From Sphagnum compactum (taxonomy: Eukaryota): a stretch of DNA of 64,000 bases. The stretch covers positions 20,884,213 through 20,948,212 of the forward strand of contig OZ234493.1 in assembly GCA_965153455.1 (NCBI GenBank). The letters are read 5' to 3'. The translations under genes were made by a program, and so were the position numbers. Positions within the stretch are counted from its first letter, which is position 1. The number at the start of each line of letters is the position of its first letter. The notes below the pieces were generated by a model. That model was not told the DNA's origin. It saw only the letters and a list, made by a program, of their open reading frames with translations, and made no database searches. Of the stretch, positions 38,237 to 50,880 are shown one piece after another.

Positions 38237-40739
38237 TGGTATCAAAACAACTACATGCTTGAATCTTAAGTTTTTTTTCAAAAGAAAGTGTTTGTTTTGC
38301 TAATGCTTGATTAGTGGAATGCTACAAAGGAGATTTTTTTTTGTTGTAAATAAGTATATTAGTGATAGATTGATGGTAAGCTACATAAGGAATCACTTGT
38401 TTCACAATCATGAGTGAAAGTCAATTTTCCATGTTTAAGGTGAATAAGCGTGAAGGAGTAAGCAATTACGACGTTTGGAAAGTTAAGGTTCGTCAACTAC
38501 TGAGATGAGAATGACTATGGGAATCAGTTTGCCCAATGGAACTGGTTGTAGTAACAACAATACCAGTGCATCCCATTACTCATGCACAAGCCACTGCTCG
38601 AGATGAAGGAGCAATTGAAGAAGTGGTTAAGGTGCAAGAAGATACAGTGGCGCAACAAGCAACTGTAGCTGAGGTACAACAAACAAAGGATGTGACTATA
38701 CTACGATCCGAAAAGGACAAAGCCCTAACTATCTTGATCATGGCAATCAAGGATAATCTGATCCCAATTATAGGAGATCTTTTGGAACCAATAGAAGTAT
38801 GACAAATGTTGAAAAACTTGTTCAAAAGTCATAATGTAGCTCGAACATTGTATCTCACAAACAAACTTCATTCCATGATAATGGAGGAAAGGACTTGGGT
38901 GAGCAACTTCATGCAGATGGTTAAGGAGACAACAACCAATCTTGCTTTAGCTAAAAAAATTATCGACGAATCTAAAGTGGTTGATGTTCACACGAAACTA
39001 TGAATCATTCATCTACTCGATAATTGTTCAAGATGAACTATTGGGTCTTGAAAAATTGATGGGAAAACTCATGTTAGAGGAAAAAAGGAGGGAGGTATGT
39101 TTTGGAGGCCTTGGTGAAAATGAAGTTTTGCTGGTGAGGACCGGAAATTTCAAAAGTGGAACCAAAAATTTTAGAGATAGAACCGAAAATTTCAAAGGCG
39201 AAAAATAATTTCGTCACCAAGATAAAAAAAATTTTGGAAATGGAAGACTTAATGCGTTCAATTCCATGAACAGGTCAGGGCACAACAATCGAGACCAAGT
39301 CAATAGATTCAATCTAAAGAGTGTGGCTTGCTATCGAGAAGATAGCCATGGTGTTGCAACCATTGCTGTGAATTGGGACATTGGGCAAGAATGTGCCCAT
39401 ACATTTCACAATAAGAGCAAAATGGTAAAAATAGACCTTTGATCAATGCCATGGGAAATGAGTTTCAAAAAATTGAGATTTTTGAAACTAATCAAGAGAA
39501 GTTGTCAGAGAGGTTTGAAGTTGCGATAATGATTGAGGATGGAGAGAACAAGATGAGAATGTTAAGAACTGATCAAGGTGGAGAATTTTTGTTTAAGGAG
39601 TTCAATTCCTACTGTGAGCAGAATGGCATAAGGAGACAACTGATAACTGCTGAAACACCACACCAAAATGGCATAACATAATGAAAAAATAGGACAATCT
39701 TGGAGGTTGTTAATACAACCACATATTTAACAAATAGGAGCTCCACTTGTTCAAATGGTGGACTATCCCCAGAGCATGTATACAATGGCAAGGCACCTGA
39801 TCTTAACCATTTGAAGGTGTTTGGTAGCTTGGTTTACATTCATGTCTCCAAATCATGGAGGAGCAAACTTGAATCCAAATCTATCAAATGCATGATGGTG
39901 GGTTACAACAACCGGTCCAAAACATAGAAATGTTTTGACCCAAAGGAAAAGAAGGTGTTAATTAGCAAGGATGTGGTATTTGATGAATGGATAATTGGTT
40001 TATTTGCGCTACCATGAAACAAACATTGAAGTTTGATAACACTACCATTCCACTTGCATTATACAATCCAAAGGCAAGCCATGGGGATCAAGGATCAATT
40101 AAAGTCAATCCGGAATCAATGATCCATGATGATGAACCAACAATAGACAAACCACCACTCCATGGAAATGAAAATCCTACCAATGATGATGATCATTCCA
40201 ACGATCAAAGTCATCTTTCTGAACATGAAGCAGTGCAGCATCCAGAAGAAGCAATTCAACCAGTAGGTCTCATGAGACGAACTTCACAGAGGTTGAGGGG
40301 TGCTTCTAGTTGGAGTCGTGACTACGTGTTTCTCACATAAACACTTGAACCAAAAGAGTACTTTGAAACCATCCAACATCTTAGATGGATAAAAACAATG
40401 CAACAAGAGTACAACTCCATTGTGGAAAATAACACCTGGGATTTAGTAAAGTTGTTAGAAGGAAAAATACCCATCACAACAAAATGGGTATTTAAAATCA
40501 AACAAGCAGAAGGAGACCAAAAGGAGATATTCAAGGCACACTTGGTTGCACGTGGATGTGAGCAAAGGAAAAGGATTGATTTTGAGGAAACATTTGCCCC
40601 CATAATCAAATGGGTGACAATCAGGGTTGTAATAGCATTGGCTGCTCAAAGGAGATGGATCATTCGCCACCTCGATGTGAAGACGACCTTCTTAAACGGA
40701 GAATTAATTGAAGAAGTTTGCATGTAGCAACCTCTAGGC
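37917..40739 (+). mobile_element. Ty1/Copia element, 5' half: LTR, PBS, gag, integrase, RT N-terminus (decayed; protease and integrase N-terminal region not found)
   Basis: gag NYDVWKVKV..; integrase LRTDQGGEF..TPHQNG..LKVFGSLVY; RT ENNTWDLV..KWVFKIK..LVARG..DFEETFAP..LDVKTTFLNGEL.EEV. Confidence 0.92.
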
Positions 40740-43694
40740 AAATGTGAATTCACTAAGACTTGTGTTGGAATTTTGGGTCATATTGTGAATAGGGAAGGGA
40801 CACTACCAAATCAAAGGAAAATTAAGGCAATAATTGAATTTCCAATACCTATATCTATGACTAATGTCCAAGCATTTTTGAAACTTATTGGTTATAACAT
40901 GAATTATTTGAAATGGTATTCCTACATATTTGTGTTTTTATTTGGACTAACAAAGAAAGATACAATGTTTTCATGCAATCTTGATTATCATGCATTTGAT
41001 ATGTTAAAAATGCATTAGTTAGGGAACCCATTCTAATTAGGTTAAATTTCACTAACCTTCCATTTTGGATGTAGAATGGTCAATTCAAGGTGTTGAAGTC
41101 GAAGTATTGGTGCCATTCTATCATGACAATAAGGAAAGAATGAAAGGGTTGTAGCTTATGTGAGCAAAGGACTCTCACATGTTCAAAAGTAGTTTCATCC
41201 AATGGAAAGTGAATGATATGGGGTACCATGCATTTTCAGCAATACTTGTACTATAATCACTTTACCCTACACATTGTCCACAAGCTATTGGAATGGCTAG
41301 ATATTATGTCACACACATACAAAAGAAGAGGAAGGTGGATTAATATATTGCAACTTGCTTCAATTTTAAGATAATGCATTGTGTAGGGTCCAAACACACA
41401 ATTGATGATGCATTAAACAAGATTCAAGTGGGATGTGTGGATGAGGATGAAAATTTCTTAAAAGAGATATAAGACTATGAATGGATGCAACATATTCACA
41501 AGGTGGAAGAAACTTGTCAAACATGCAGATGGAGTTCAAAAATGGGATTGATCTTGCTACATATGGATAGTAAAAAGATGTTCAACCAATTATTTATGGT
41601 TGGAAAAACATAGTTGGAAGCTACATGTGGAAATACAATGATCAATGATGATTCAATTGGGAGTCAAGCGGAGAAGATTGAAAATAAGTAGCACGATCAA
41701 ACTTTGAAGAGGAGATGGAAAGATCTATGGGATACTTAGATGCATCTTCATATATTGAATAAGAATAATCGTTAGTTGATGAAGATGAGGTGGATGGGAG
41801 CTATTTAGAAAGAAAGAAAGATGTGAATGGAATTATTCCAAAAATATGGATATATGGAATGATGATCAAACCATGATGGTTTTAAATGGAGGACATGTTC
41901 TTGTGGATTATAGTATGAATGAAAGTGCCAAAATTTAAAAAAAAAATTATATTATCACTAGAAGCATGATAGATTGATGTTAAAAGAATTGGTGCTTTCA
42001 AAACCTGAGGACCACAAGTAGACTATTTTAAATGTGCATAAAGAGATTGGACACTTTGGTGAAGGATGCATGGTTATTAACTTGAATAGACACCACTTTT
42101 GGCACAACAAAATTGAAGATGTGAAGGTTTGATTTGTGTTTATAAATAATGTTAATTTGTGAAAAGAAATAGTAGTATTAGATTGGATGCGAAGAATCTT
42201 AAAAGTATATTGGTATGGGATCATTTCCATAAATTTGTTTTTGATACAACAAGTCCGTTATTAAATTACAATAACGGATAGGTATCAATAGGGTAATTGA
42301 CAATGTGGGCCAAACAAAAATAAAACATAAACAAATTTATGTTTTGAGGAAGGGAAAGCATATGTTTTTAAGGTTCATTGAAGGGGTGACTTATGTTAAG
42401 ATGAAGAAATTTAAAAATAAAAAATAAATCTCCAATTGGGAGGGACCTTTTTAATTCATAAAATACTTTGATGAGAATGGATTTTTAAAATAAGAAAAAG
42501 CTGGTAGAGTTTGTGTGATCAAGGGAAAAGATGAACACCTTTGGGATAAATTAAGGAAGGATTTCCAGTTTTACCATTTTGCCCCTTGAATGATGAAGAC
42601 TAAAGGTTTTAATCAAAATTATTGGGGAGTGGTTACATCTAGGCCATTGAGGAGCAATGTATTTGACAACATTGTTAAGGTTTATGGCGTGAAAGGAAAT
42701 GTACACGTCTTAGTCTAAATGCCAAAAAAAACCACATTTTTTTAATAATAATCATTCAATTGATTGTTCGGTGATTTGTGGAGCATCAATGGAGATGACA
42801 TTGGTTTATGAAGGTAAGAGACTTTTGGCATTAACTTGCTTTTGTTTTGTTTTTTTGTGTGTAGATGTAGTTGGTGCCAACAATGGAGTGGAACCTTTAG
42901 AGGACGGGGATAAGAAATGATAGTTTAGTGTGAAGTTAAGTACACCTGCATTCTATGTTTTTAGGAGGTTAATGTTTTCTTTGGTTTTTATCTATGTTGT
43001 AATCACATTGATGAGAAAATTGCTTTACATGTGAACTTCAATTGATTTATGCATCAATCTTTGAAATATCCATTAAGTAAGGGATTTAGGTATCATAAAG
43101 TTGGAAGTAGATGAGTCGTTAGAGTCATGGGTGGAACTAATGAAAGGCTTTAGGGGGTTAATGCAAGTTGATCTATTTTTGGCATTTGTGGTTTAAATGA
43201 ATGTTTATAAAAAATTTATGGCACATGTGTGGGGGAGGTCAAGTGCCTATCAATATGGGAGTTTTGAACATAGGTTCTTTTCTCTAGGAATTCACTTATT
43301 GTGTGAAGTTTCAATTGGTGATGTTATTGGTAGGTTGGGGATTTTCCTTGTTAGTACTTTCCCAATTAGTGATTATAGAAGAGTCAATGTGAATTAGTTG
43401 TTGTGACATTTTGTGTGAGGCAAGTTATGATGTTTTGAGAAGCGTTTATGGGATGTATGTCTAGGATGCCATATCAAAAGATCATGATAGCCTAATGAGT
43501 GGGAGATCCATATTGATTTGATCCACCTTATGCCAATTGTTTAGGATTAGATTTTAGTCATGTAGGAATATTATGGATATGTAGGAATGTATCTAATGTG
43601 AATTATTCTAATTTAAACATCCATTTGTGTTCTTGCCATACGTGTTGTTGTGAGTCCATAGCATAAATATTGCACCCTCCTTTTTTTGGTTACA
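40740..43694 (+). mobile_element. Ty3/Gypsy element, 3' half: RT C-terminus, RNase H, integrase remnant, PPT, 3' LTR (decayed)
   Basis: KCEF..ILGHIVNREG..P.SMTNVQAFL.LIGY; RNase H GIGAILS..VVAYVSKGL; integrase HKEIGHFG near 42036; LTR 42658-43694. Confidence 0.88.
42658..43694 (+). repeat. Gypsy 3' LTR
   Basis: Follows purine-rich GAGGAGCAA; ends GGTTACA then ACAT; homologous to 36313-37357 in reverse. Confidence 0.85.
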
Positions 43695-46029
43695 ACATGC
43701 CACCACATATCAACATGCATATGGGCCCAAGGTCCTTTAGTGCCAAAATCCCAAGAAAAATTCATAAGAAGCCATATGTTGCCACTAAGGAAGACACAAA
43801 CCCAATTTGCAATAGTGGAAAGTGGTTCTGGTCCATGTGGAGTGGAATTTCTCAAGTAATAACCTTTTTTTCTTGACTTAGTCCTGAATTCATTGCCACT
43901 AATAAGCACTACTTGGTGCTCATAGGAAGACTTTAACCAATTCCTCTGTTAACATCAAATTGTTCAACAACTCTAACAACACTATTGCACTCTGGATGAG
44001 CCACACCAAGCTGGAACACAAAATGGAATTGCCAAACCTTTGGTCTTAGAGAAGGTCAGCCTCGTATCCAGTTCCACCATAGTGACTTCCAATACCTATG
44101 TAAGTGGGTAAGTATCAGTGTTGTGTGGTTATTTGAATTTTAGAGAACTGTCGTTTCTGTTTTTAAAAATATTTCAGAGTAAGAGAACCATCGATTTCAG
44201 CTCTTTGAAAAAAATCAGAATAAAAAAAACTGTTGGTCCTAGTTATTTCAAAAACCTTAAAGAACTTGAGATTTTCATGAGAGAATTAGTAAAGGATTAG
44301 CAGTTCTATGTCCAGTTATTTGATTTTTTTCAATTTTTTGGGAACCATGGTTATATATCAAAATCTGGTCTTTTGACCTTTTTTAGAATCATGGTTACAA
44401 AGCCTAAGAACCACCTTGATAACTATTGAGGTTTATTCCTGTTTATAATTTTCGCCCATGGATTGAGGTTTAGGGTTTAGGGATATAACTTCGGTTTTGC
44501 TATATAATCATGGGTCTGTCCCTGTTTTGAATAACCATCCAGGTGCCTCGTAGGTACGGAATGTAGGTGATTGTTATGGAGGTGGGTAAGTATGTAAGGC
44601 ACATGGTCACTACTAGGTAGGTAGAGATGCATGTGAATGGTTGGTGCATATCTTGCCATTTAGAGGGTTAGCTGTTGGACAGAAATACAATGAACAAGTG
44701 TTTGGTGTCCACATATCATCCATCTTGTATGGTGCTCACATATCATCCATCTTGTATGGTGCGCTGGTGGGTGTTGGTTCACTCTGGCCCTGTCTCTCTC
44801 AATACTCAAAAGCAGTGTATAGAATGCATCAAAGTCCCTTCTTTTGTTATCAATTCAGCATCTGCTTTAGTTCGGACTCTGGCCATTTGTTAACCAACAA
44901 AATGTTGTTCCCAACACTCACAATTGCAACTTCACAAAGCAAAAGGAATATTGATACTAAGTTCTACTTCACATGGAATTGGAGTGCGCATTCACGTGCA
45001 TGTCTTGATTCTTCGGAATAAAGTGTTGCTTCTGACTTTTTGTTGCATCCACACCGACTTGAGTTAATTTCCCAAGTGAGAAAAAAACTCTCATGTAAAT
45101 GACAAGGAATGACTTTTACTCATTAAAGTAGCTCGGCTCACATGTAGCATTTGGCCTTACAACAATATTTCTCCCATCCAAAATTATTTACGTGCTGATT
45201 CCAAGCCTCTCACCCAGAAACATGAACCTGAGTCATTAAAAGATTAAAATTTATTAATAGCAAACCACTTGGACCAATCAATATATCTGACCATTCCAAG
45301 AGCAAATGTTAGATTGTGCATGTGACTTTCTCCAGTATCAAAATATTGGGAAAAATGCTGAGCCACACCATTTTATTGAGCTTATTGGGCAAATTGTTAT
45401 GGATCAAAACATGCTGTGCAATGTGTTGGTGGAGTTGCTTTTGGGGAGGACAAGAGAAAGTGTGATTTCCTTTTCATGGACATTTGGCTTGGAGTGACCA
45501 GGTTATTGGATTCTTTTATGAATTATTTTTCTTAGTGCTAAGAATGTAAAGAAGCAACCAAACAAAAAAGTTTATTGTTCAAGCCATAAAGGTTATAATG
45601 TAGAGGTATGAGAATTTCATCCCATGGCTATGAACATGATTCAATCTTTCTCAAAAACCTTGAAAACCAAATCAATTTCCCTACATGTAGGTGCAAGATG
45701 AGTGGCAAAGCAACGCGTGATTTGACAATGACACATTGTGCACGACTTTCTAACTGTTGCACGGGGCTAGTGGCTTTCACAAAAGAAGTAGATGGTGGTG
45801 TTCATGGTCAAGCATGGTTTCTTCAGAGTTGCCAAGGCTAGTAGTTCTTGTCCAATGAATCAAGTAGAATATCATTAAAAAGATGATGGTGTTCATGGTG
45901 GACAATCAACCACGGATCATCCATCGATGGATGGTGAGACGACAAAGAATTTGTCTCTAGATATTATCCTAATATTATCCCTTATCCAAATTCAACTACC
46001 ATCTCTTATGAAAGAATTTTTTTGTTGAT

Positions 46030-46059
46030 TCCCACCCCCCCCCCCCCCCCCCCCCCCCC
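46030..46059. repeat. Poly-C tract
   Basis: Direct inspection. Confidence 0.9.
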
Positions 46060-49000
46060 TGCAACCCATTCTCTCTAGCCATACATATACCCAAAGAAAA
46101 GTCTAAAGAGATGGCGCTTGAATCTATACCAAGTGCTTCATTGGGGTTTGCGGATTCGCCTTATGATGTGGCTATTTCCCGTCAAAGCCACCCTTGTGTA
46201 TTTGTCCCGTTGTCCCGGCCCAGCTTTCGCTCTCTACCCCAAACTCATTTTCTCATCCACTCACATCCCCACAATATCTATATTTGCAACAATGCAAATT
46301 TGAAGTAGCACCATCTGCCCTTTTTTAATTCTTCGTAGATCGAAGAGAGGAAATTGTCACATAGGACCCTCCTTAGCTCCATTTTGGCTCATATTTCCAT
46401 GTCAAAAAATTCTGATTAAAGGAATTCATTGGTTCCATTTTGTTCCTAGGATTATCTTCTCACTAGTGACTAGCTCTAAATAATCATTAAAAAAGACTTG
46501 TGTGCATGCTCCCTGAAGAAGTGCAAAATGTTGCACTTTGATCAAGGTCCCAATCTCCTAATGGAAGGGAAATTGAGGGTCACTTCACTCAAGCTCCATA
46601 TATGAAAACATTTCGAGGCCAACAAGTCTTTGTAGCACCTCCTCTCATCCCTTCCAATGGCAATCCTAGCTTTTATCACTACACAAAATATTTTTTTGAA
46701 CCTTTTTTGTTGGTAAAAAATGGGGGAAAAAATCTCTTAAATTTTTTTCCCACAAGTTATTTGCCACCTAAAAAGAAAAATCTCAACACAAATCAAACAA
46801 GTTTAGGCCATCCCAATTACTATAGGTTGTCTTTTAAAGAGCTAAGCATCATTTTCCATTTACTACTTTTGCCATGCATTTCTTTTGTATTCCTTCATTT
46901 TTGTTCTATCCTTTGGTTTCATAGCCAACTATGATTTCCACAACATGTAGGCTCAATAAGATCTCAGCTTAACATGCAAGACTTTATCAACACTCACGAC
47001 AAACCTTCATAGTGCCTAATTTGGGCCCCAAAACATCCAACACCTAACAAATAATTTTCTATAGCCAATACATCACACAATTACTTCTTCCCCTTCTTTT
47101 GCTTCCTCCTCCCCACCCCACCTCTTGGGTGAAAGTTGGGAGATTTATTGGGAGATTTATTGAAACTTGCACAAATTTGGGGATAGATATAGAAATATTG
47201 GGAGATTTATTGGATGAAAATTTTAACATTAATGTTCACATATTGTTCCAATTTTTATTTTTTCTCACCCAAGCATTAAATTTTCACAACATACATATTC
47301 TCACAATCAAAACATCGAAAAGAATATTTAAAATGGGTCAACTTTCATCAATCAACACAAGTGTAAGAAGAAAAGACAAAACATTCATTGTCGATTTATC
47401 ATGATTTTAGGGTATCGAAATATGATGCACATACATTTCACCTTTTGAATTTGAATAAATTAATGTAATTGAGAAAAGATAGCATATGCAACATTGACCA
47501 AAATACATATCTAGAAGGATGTCATCAACACACTTCTTTTGCACTTCACCAATTTCTACTTCTTGGCTCTTCAATGGTGTTCTTTGTAAGGTAATATTAT
47601 TGTGTTTCCTCTTCTCATGAAAGCATTATTAATATTTGATGTCAATAGAAACATCTTCCTCCTCCCCCTCAAACAATCTCTCTAATTTAACACTTGTGTA
47701 ATTGAATTGCAAATGGAGACATGCTCTGACTTATTACAAAACATGACTTCAAAAAGACGTCCAAGATCAACCTTGACAACAACAATTCCTTTGATGGCCA
47801 AGCACACAACAACAATCACATTGAAAAAACACAATCTAGATCATCGAAAATTCATCTAAGCTAAATAGAAACCAATGCAATGCATGCAAATTTATGAAAC
47901 ATGATAAATTTTTCCCTACATTGTGAATCTAACGTTCTAAATTATTGATTTACAATTAAAAAATTTTGTTCTTAAAACAAATTTTGATGTTGGAGATCAA
48001 GTTGGAACATGTCTAAGTACTTAACAATTATGATTATCCATGTGATAATTTGTAAAAATCATCACCAACATGATCTTGCAAAGCTCATCATTCATGGATG
48101 AAATTCATTATTTTCGTTCATTTTTCATGCCTTATATATTAAATCATTCATTTTTGTTCATTTTCATCCATGATGTGCAATTATGAAAATATTCAAGAAC
48201 ATTTCTTGGATGATGAGTTATATGAAAATCTTCATGGAAGTTTTTTTTTGAGCTAGGCCTCAATACAGTTACAACTAGAGATAGTTCCTTTATTATTTTC
48301 AATTTGTTCAATTTGTTCAATATTAAATATAATCTTGTGTTTAAACCTTATTCATTCGTTTCATGTTTCCAATTATTTCATATTCTAAATAAAAAAAAAT
48401 TATGCATTTTTTTTGGCATTCATTTTGTGACCTTGTTTTGGGTTGTTTTGTTATGTGATCGTGATTTAAATTTAGGTTTGGTTTTTGTTATAGATTGTCT
48501 TAATATTTTGTGTATTGTGAATTTTTTTTGACCATGGTAAATTTTTGCATATAGGGGGGTTAATGGGTGATCCAAAAGCGTGCACTTTTTTAGGGTTTAT
48601 TTTATAATATTTTATTATGACTTAAGTTCAATTCCACATTTGAGGATTGTCCGAGTTGAGTTTTCTATGGCACTCATTGATCCATAGGTGCCTTCTTAAC
48701 ACCGTTTGTGACGAGACGAGATGGTTAGAGAACCACAAGGGGGCGGGCCCTAAGAAATTCGGCCTTACAATTTCCCACTCGGGATCATTCAATGGTGGAA
48801 AGAATTTTTCCGGTTTGGAAAAACATAAAAACTAGAAAAGGGGGGCCCTCAAAAAATTGAAAAATGTAAAAAAATTGTCAACATACTCGTGCTTATTCAT
48901 TCAGCCAACAAACAAAAACACCGGCCACGTGCACCCACTCCCCCGGGCCGTGTAACTTGATGGTTGAGGGAGGGAGGGATGGACTCGGTCAATGAAAATA

Positions 49001-49074
49001 TCGGAAGTCGGAACTAACTAACAAACTGCCGAGCAGTAGTCTTACATAGGGAGTGGATGAGTCCAGATGCATAC

Positions 49075-49232
49075 TTTTTTTTGGATGAGACCACCACATA
49101 TGAATTTGTTTTTTGGATGAGACCATGAGACCATCACATATGAACTTGTTTTTTGGATGAGACCATCACACACAAGCTTATTTTTTGGATGAGACCACCA
49201 CATGTGAACTTTTTTTGGGGGATGAGAATGAA
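49075..49232. repeat. Tandem repeat, ~32-bp unit TTTTTTGGATGAGACCA.CACATATGAACT, ~5 copies
   Basis: TTGGATGAGACCA recurs at ~49081, 49113, 49153, 49185. Confidence 0.8.
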
Positions 49233-49469
49233 CTTCTTTCTTCTTTTTTGATATATTTAATAAACATGTTCATTGTGCAAAAAGAGAAGAGGAGGTTCTC
49301 ATCCATCCATGCAAAGAAATAAAGACCACACAAAACCCCCTTTTTCAAAATACGTGCAAGTAAAAGAAACTCGTCCAATTTTTTTTCTTTTTTACGTGGA
49401 ACACACCCAAAATTTTCCACGTGGAGCCCCCCTCCCATTTTTTTCCTTTTATTTTCCTTTTTCTTTTGG

Positions 49470-49930
49470 GAGCGAGCTGGCGGGCGGGCGAGCTGGCGGG
49501 CGGGCGGGGGTTTCCTTTTCTCGGGTTCACGGGACCGGTGCGGGGCACCACCCGGGGGCGGGAACCAAGGCCCGGTTCTTCCACGGGTGCAATCGCGCAC
49601 ACGCCAGCGGGAGCAGAGACTAGGACGGTGGAGGCGCTGCCTGGCGACGGTGGGCGACCGCCCGGTCGCCCACCCGCGCGCGCGCGCGCGCGCGAGGGGG
49701 AAGGGAAGGAAGGGACGAAGGACGGTGGCCCATGCATGTGCTGCAGCAGGTGCATTTGTTGCTACAGGAAGAAGCGCAACTGTTGCGGTTGTCATCGGTC
49801 TTCGTCTTGTGCTGTTTGGTTTCGTTTGTTTTCTTTTCTTTTGTTGCTGGTATTGTTTCTCAATACTGGTGACCACGGGTGGGTGGCTGGGGTGGAGCGG
49901 GCGGGGCGGGGCGGCGCGGGGCGAAGAACT
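49470..49930 (+). promoter_or_regulatory. CpG island/putative promoter of the ABCB gene
   Basis: Very GC/CpG-rich, with GGGCGG boxes and a (CG)n tract at ~49676-49694, in an otherwise AT-rich, CpG-poor window. Confidence 0.5.
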
Positions 49931-50424
49931 CAGAAGATTCAGAAGCCTGATGAGAAATTCCTGATTCACCAGCATCCGCTTTTGTTCTGTTTTCTCTCTT
50001 TGTTTTCTGTTTTCTTGTTGTAGAAATCATTAACTGTTTTCGGGTTGGTTGCTCCACTTTTGGTGGCCCCTCTGTCTCTCTCCGGGTTGCTCCTCTTTTT
50101 TCTTTCTTTCTTTTTTTTCTTTTTTTTTGGGGGCGGTCCGTGGGGAGAAAAGGAGAGGCTGGGGATTCATAAAGAGCTGGGTAACAATTGAGGTGTGATT
50201 TGAGGAGAAACGGAGGGAGGAACGGAGGGACGGAGCAATCTAATACGAAAATTTGGTGTTTTGAAGTGGGTGTAGTGAGTAAGTAGGAGGGGGCAAGATA
50301 GGAGGAGAAGCGTACTTACTTATTTCAATACAATTTAATTTTCAGTTTTGGGTGGTGGTGCAATTGGGTGTTTGTTATAAGGGTGGTGAGATTAAGGATT
50401 TTGTGTTTGTTGTTGCTGGTAGAA

Positions 50425-50700
50425 CTGCATCCATGGTTTTGTTATTGACAATTCAGTGAATGGGTGTTCCTGCATCCAAGGTTTTGTTATTGACAATTCA
50501 GTGAATGGGTGTTCCTGCATCCAAGGTTTTGTCCATGACAATTCAGTGAAGGGGTGTTCCTGCATCCAAGGTTTTGTTCATGGTAATTCAGTGAATGGGT
50601 GTTCCTGCATCCAAGGTTTTGCTCATGACAGTTCAGTGAAAGGGTGTTCCTGCATCCAAGGTTTTGTTCATTACAATTCAGTGAATGTGTGTTCCTTGCA
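50425..50700. repeat. Tandem repeat, 45-bp unit (CTGCATCCAAGGTTTTGTTCATGACAATTCAGTGAATGGGTGTTC), ~6 copies
   Basis: Unit starts at 50425, 50470, 50515, 50560, 50605, 50650. Confidence 0.92.
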
Positions 50701-50880
50701 ATGGGGAAATTTTCTTTCCTTGAGTGTCTCGAATATGATGCTCCATAACTTTTGGTGTTAGGAGCAATTCGGAAGAAGAAGTTTTTTGTACACAATTTTT
50801 TTTTTCATTTTCTGGTTTCGGAAAAGAGAAGAAGAAGAAGAAGAAGAAGAAGAAGAGGGAGGCCGAAGGGGTACCGGAGG

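Noticed and set aside
44466-44482. Telomere-like TTTAGGG repeats
   Set aside because: Only about two units; too short for an interstitial telomeric array.
49178-50023. ORFs of 116-265 aa
   Set aside because: Result from the GC-rich CpG island; biased composition and no domains.
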